From: Fistulifera solaris
Lineage: Eukaryota
NCBI GenBank assembly: GCA_030295235.1
Contig: AP026155.1
Span: 186,001 to 250,000 of the forward strand
Direction of reading: 5' to 3'
DNA length: 64,000 nt
Of this stretch, positions 62,480-64,000 are shown piece by piece. The notes beneath the pieces were generated by a model. That model did no database searches, had not been told where the DNA came from, and saw only the letters and a program-made list of their open reading frames with translations. The translations under genes were made by a program, and so were the position numbers. Every line of letters starts with the position of its first letter. The first letter of the stretch is position 1.

Positions 62480-63508
62480 TTACTCCACTTCTTCCTCTTC
62501 TACTCCATGATCCGGCTCATCTTGTTCCAACTCCAGCAACATACTAGGATCTGGATCTTGACCCAAGATTTGGGAGCAGAAATACAGAATTTGCTTGCGT
62601 CCGATTTCCATGGCGGCACGGGGACCCAAGCAATACATCGTCAAGTCCGGATCCTTTTCCTTAATGCACAACAAATAGTCTTGGTGCACGAACTTGATCA
62701 GAGCCGCATCGACATTAGGGTGCGAATTGGAACGTGCCGGCGACGATCCTTCCCCCCGCCACGGTTCGTTCGGAATATTTTCATCTAAGCGATGCAACAA
62801 CTCGTACAAACGATCATCACGGAGCCATCGTGAACCTGCGACACGCGCGCGTGTGAGAATCCAAATGGCACAAAGTTTCTGTCACGCCAAGCACGTACCA
62901 TCCGTTTTGGGTTCGCCCTCGCAGTAACAAAGGGCGAGAATGACCATCAGTAGACCCTTCTCAATCGCGCAGTCTTCATGGACGGAATGCAGGGCCTTGC
63001 TATGCTCGCCAGTTTCGTCTTCTTTCAAGCAGTTCACCAGATAGTAACGATCTTTCTTGGATTGCGGCAAATCTTTCATATTTTCCATCCACACCGGAAT
63101 ACGCTTGAGTTCGAAATCAAACAAATTCTGCAAGCGCTTATTGGCTTCATCAAAAGCTGCCGAAGTGATTCGTGGCGGTAAACCAGCATCCTTGGCGCAT
63201 TTAAGACGATCCAGGGACTCCCCAGCGAGTCCTTTGAACAACAACAAGCGCGTCAAGTCCGATAAGGCCTTTTCTCGCTGAGTTTCATCGAGACGATTTA
63301 GATTCTCGCGTTCTTTTGCTTTGACGGAATGAATCTCCTGGGTATTGAGAATCGTGTCGTCTGGAATGCGTTGTGAGAAGTCCAAGGCTTGAAAAGACTG
63401 CGTCGGTTCGACTTCATCATCGTCGTCGTCGTCGTCAAAGTCTTTCCTTGACGCTTGCGAGGCAAAAGACGTTCTCTGTGATTGTGAGCGTCGTTGTGAC
63501 GGTGGCAT
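62480..63508 (-). CDS. NSE3: MAGE-domain protein / SMC5-6 complex subunit NSE3; intron 62836-62898
   Basis: SQ/TQ-rich N-terminus, LTRLLLFK, ANKRLQNLFDFELK, YYLVN, GLLMVILAL, L..LLHRL, FVHQDYL and GPRAAMEIG. Confidence 0.85.
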
Positions 63509-63738
63509 GTTGTGAATTTAATTCAATGATAAAAGAACAAGTTGGTTACAAAATGACGCGAATGCGCTTGACGATATTGGCTAAAGAATGATGCGCATTG
63601 ACGCAATGCTGTTGCAAGGGACGAGATGGAAGCAATTCTTGAGGAGCCATTTGCTACCCGGCCGGCTCGCTTCCAAACGCACGCCAAGTCGTCGAAGCGC
63701 CACATTCAAACCGAGTACCGGTACCTACCGGTACAACC

Positions 63739-64000
63739 TTACGTGGTATTGTCAAAAGTATACATTCTTGATTCTTGATATGGAATATGGAATGTTGACT
63801 GTTGGAAGTTTGGATCCTCATGAATGTTGAAAATTGAAATTCTTCGTTTCAAAACCAAGATTCCATTATCAGAACGTGATACGTGTCCCAGCGTCAACGC
63901 GAGGAAACCACTCGCATTCGTCGCCCACGTCAATTTTTTCGGTTTTCTCATGCAACCCACCACCGTCGCCATCATCTCTTCCTTCATGCCTTCAAGCTGA
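63739..64000 (-). CDS. Probable 3' end of an unidentified gene entering from the right edge
   Basis: The frame is open to the window end (QLEGMKEEMMATVVGCMRKP...). No recognisable motif. Confidence 0.3.
   Translation of the reverse strand, partial: QLEGMKEEMMATVVGCMRKPKKLTWATNASGFLALTLGHVSRSDNGILVLKRRISIFNIHEDPNFQQSTFHIPYQESRMYTFDNTT

Overview
This window is gene-dense eukaryotic nuclear DNA, most likely from a diatom. The evidence is short GT-AG introns (mostly 63-88 nt), signal peptides followed by ASAFAP-type plastid motifs, RXL propeptide motifs, and HSF, OPR-RAP and PAS histidine kinase genes of the kinds common in diatoms. About 33 protein-coding genes can be supported. Many are split by 1-nt indels, mostly in homopolymer runs, which are probably long-read consensus errors. 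Recognisable genes include: DUF1295, a CAMK-like kinase, a UBC4/5-type E2, an opine dehydrogenase, GDP-fucose synthase, a BRO1 protein, UDP-glucuronate epimerase, a Gfo/Idh/MocA oxidoreductase, dolichol kinase, CBM20-TPS/TPP, a hybrid histidine kinase, eIF2D, cytochrome b5 reductase, HSF, a renalase-like enzyme, rhodanese, a dienelactone hydrolase, an OPR/RAP protein, an HMG-box protein and NSE3/MAGE. The most interesting locus is 41.3-47.0 kb. There, a spliced and secreted clostripain-family (C11) protease that I reconstructed by hand sits between two paralogous secreted proteins, each with an RXL motif, a shared 10-Cys domain and PSD repeats. Other highlights are a probably plastid-targeted opine dehydrogenase, a 72-aa spliced ELM2-motif microprotein missed by the ORF track, and a TPS/TPP fusion with degenerate catalytic motifs. 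I could not support any rRNA, tRNA, CRISPR array or intact transposon. All family assignments come from motif recognition by eye; no database searches were run.
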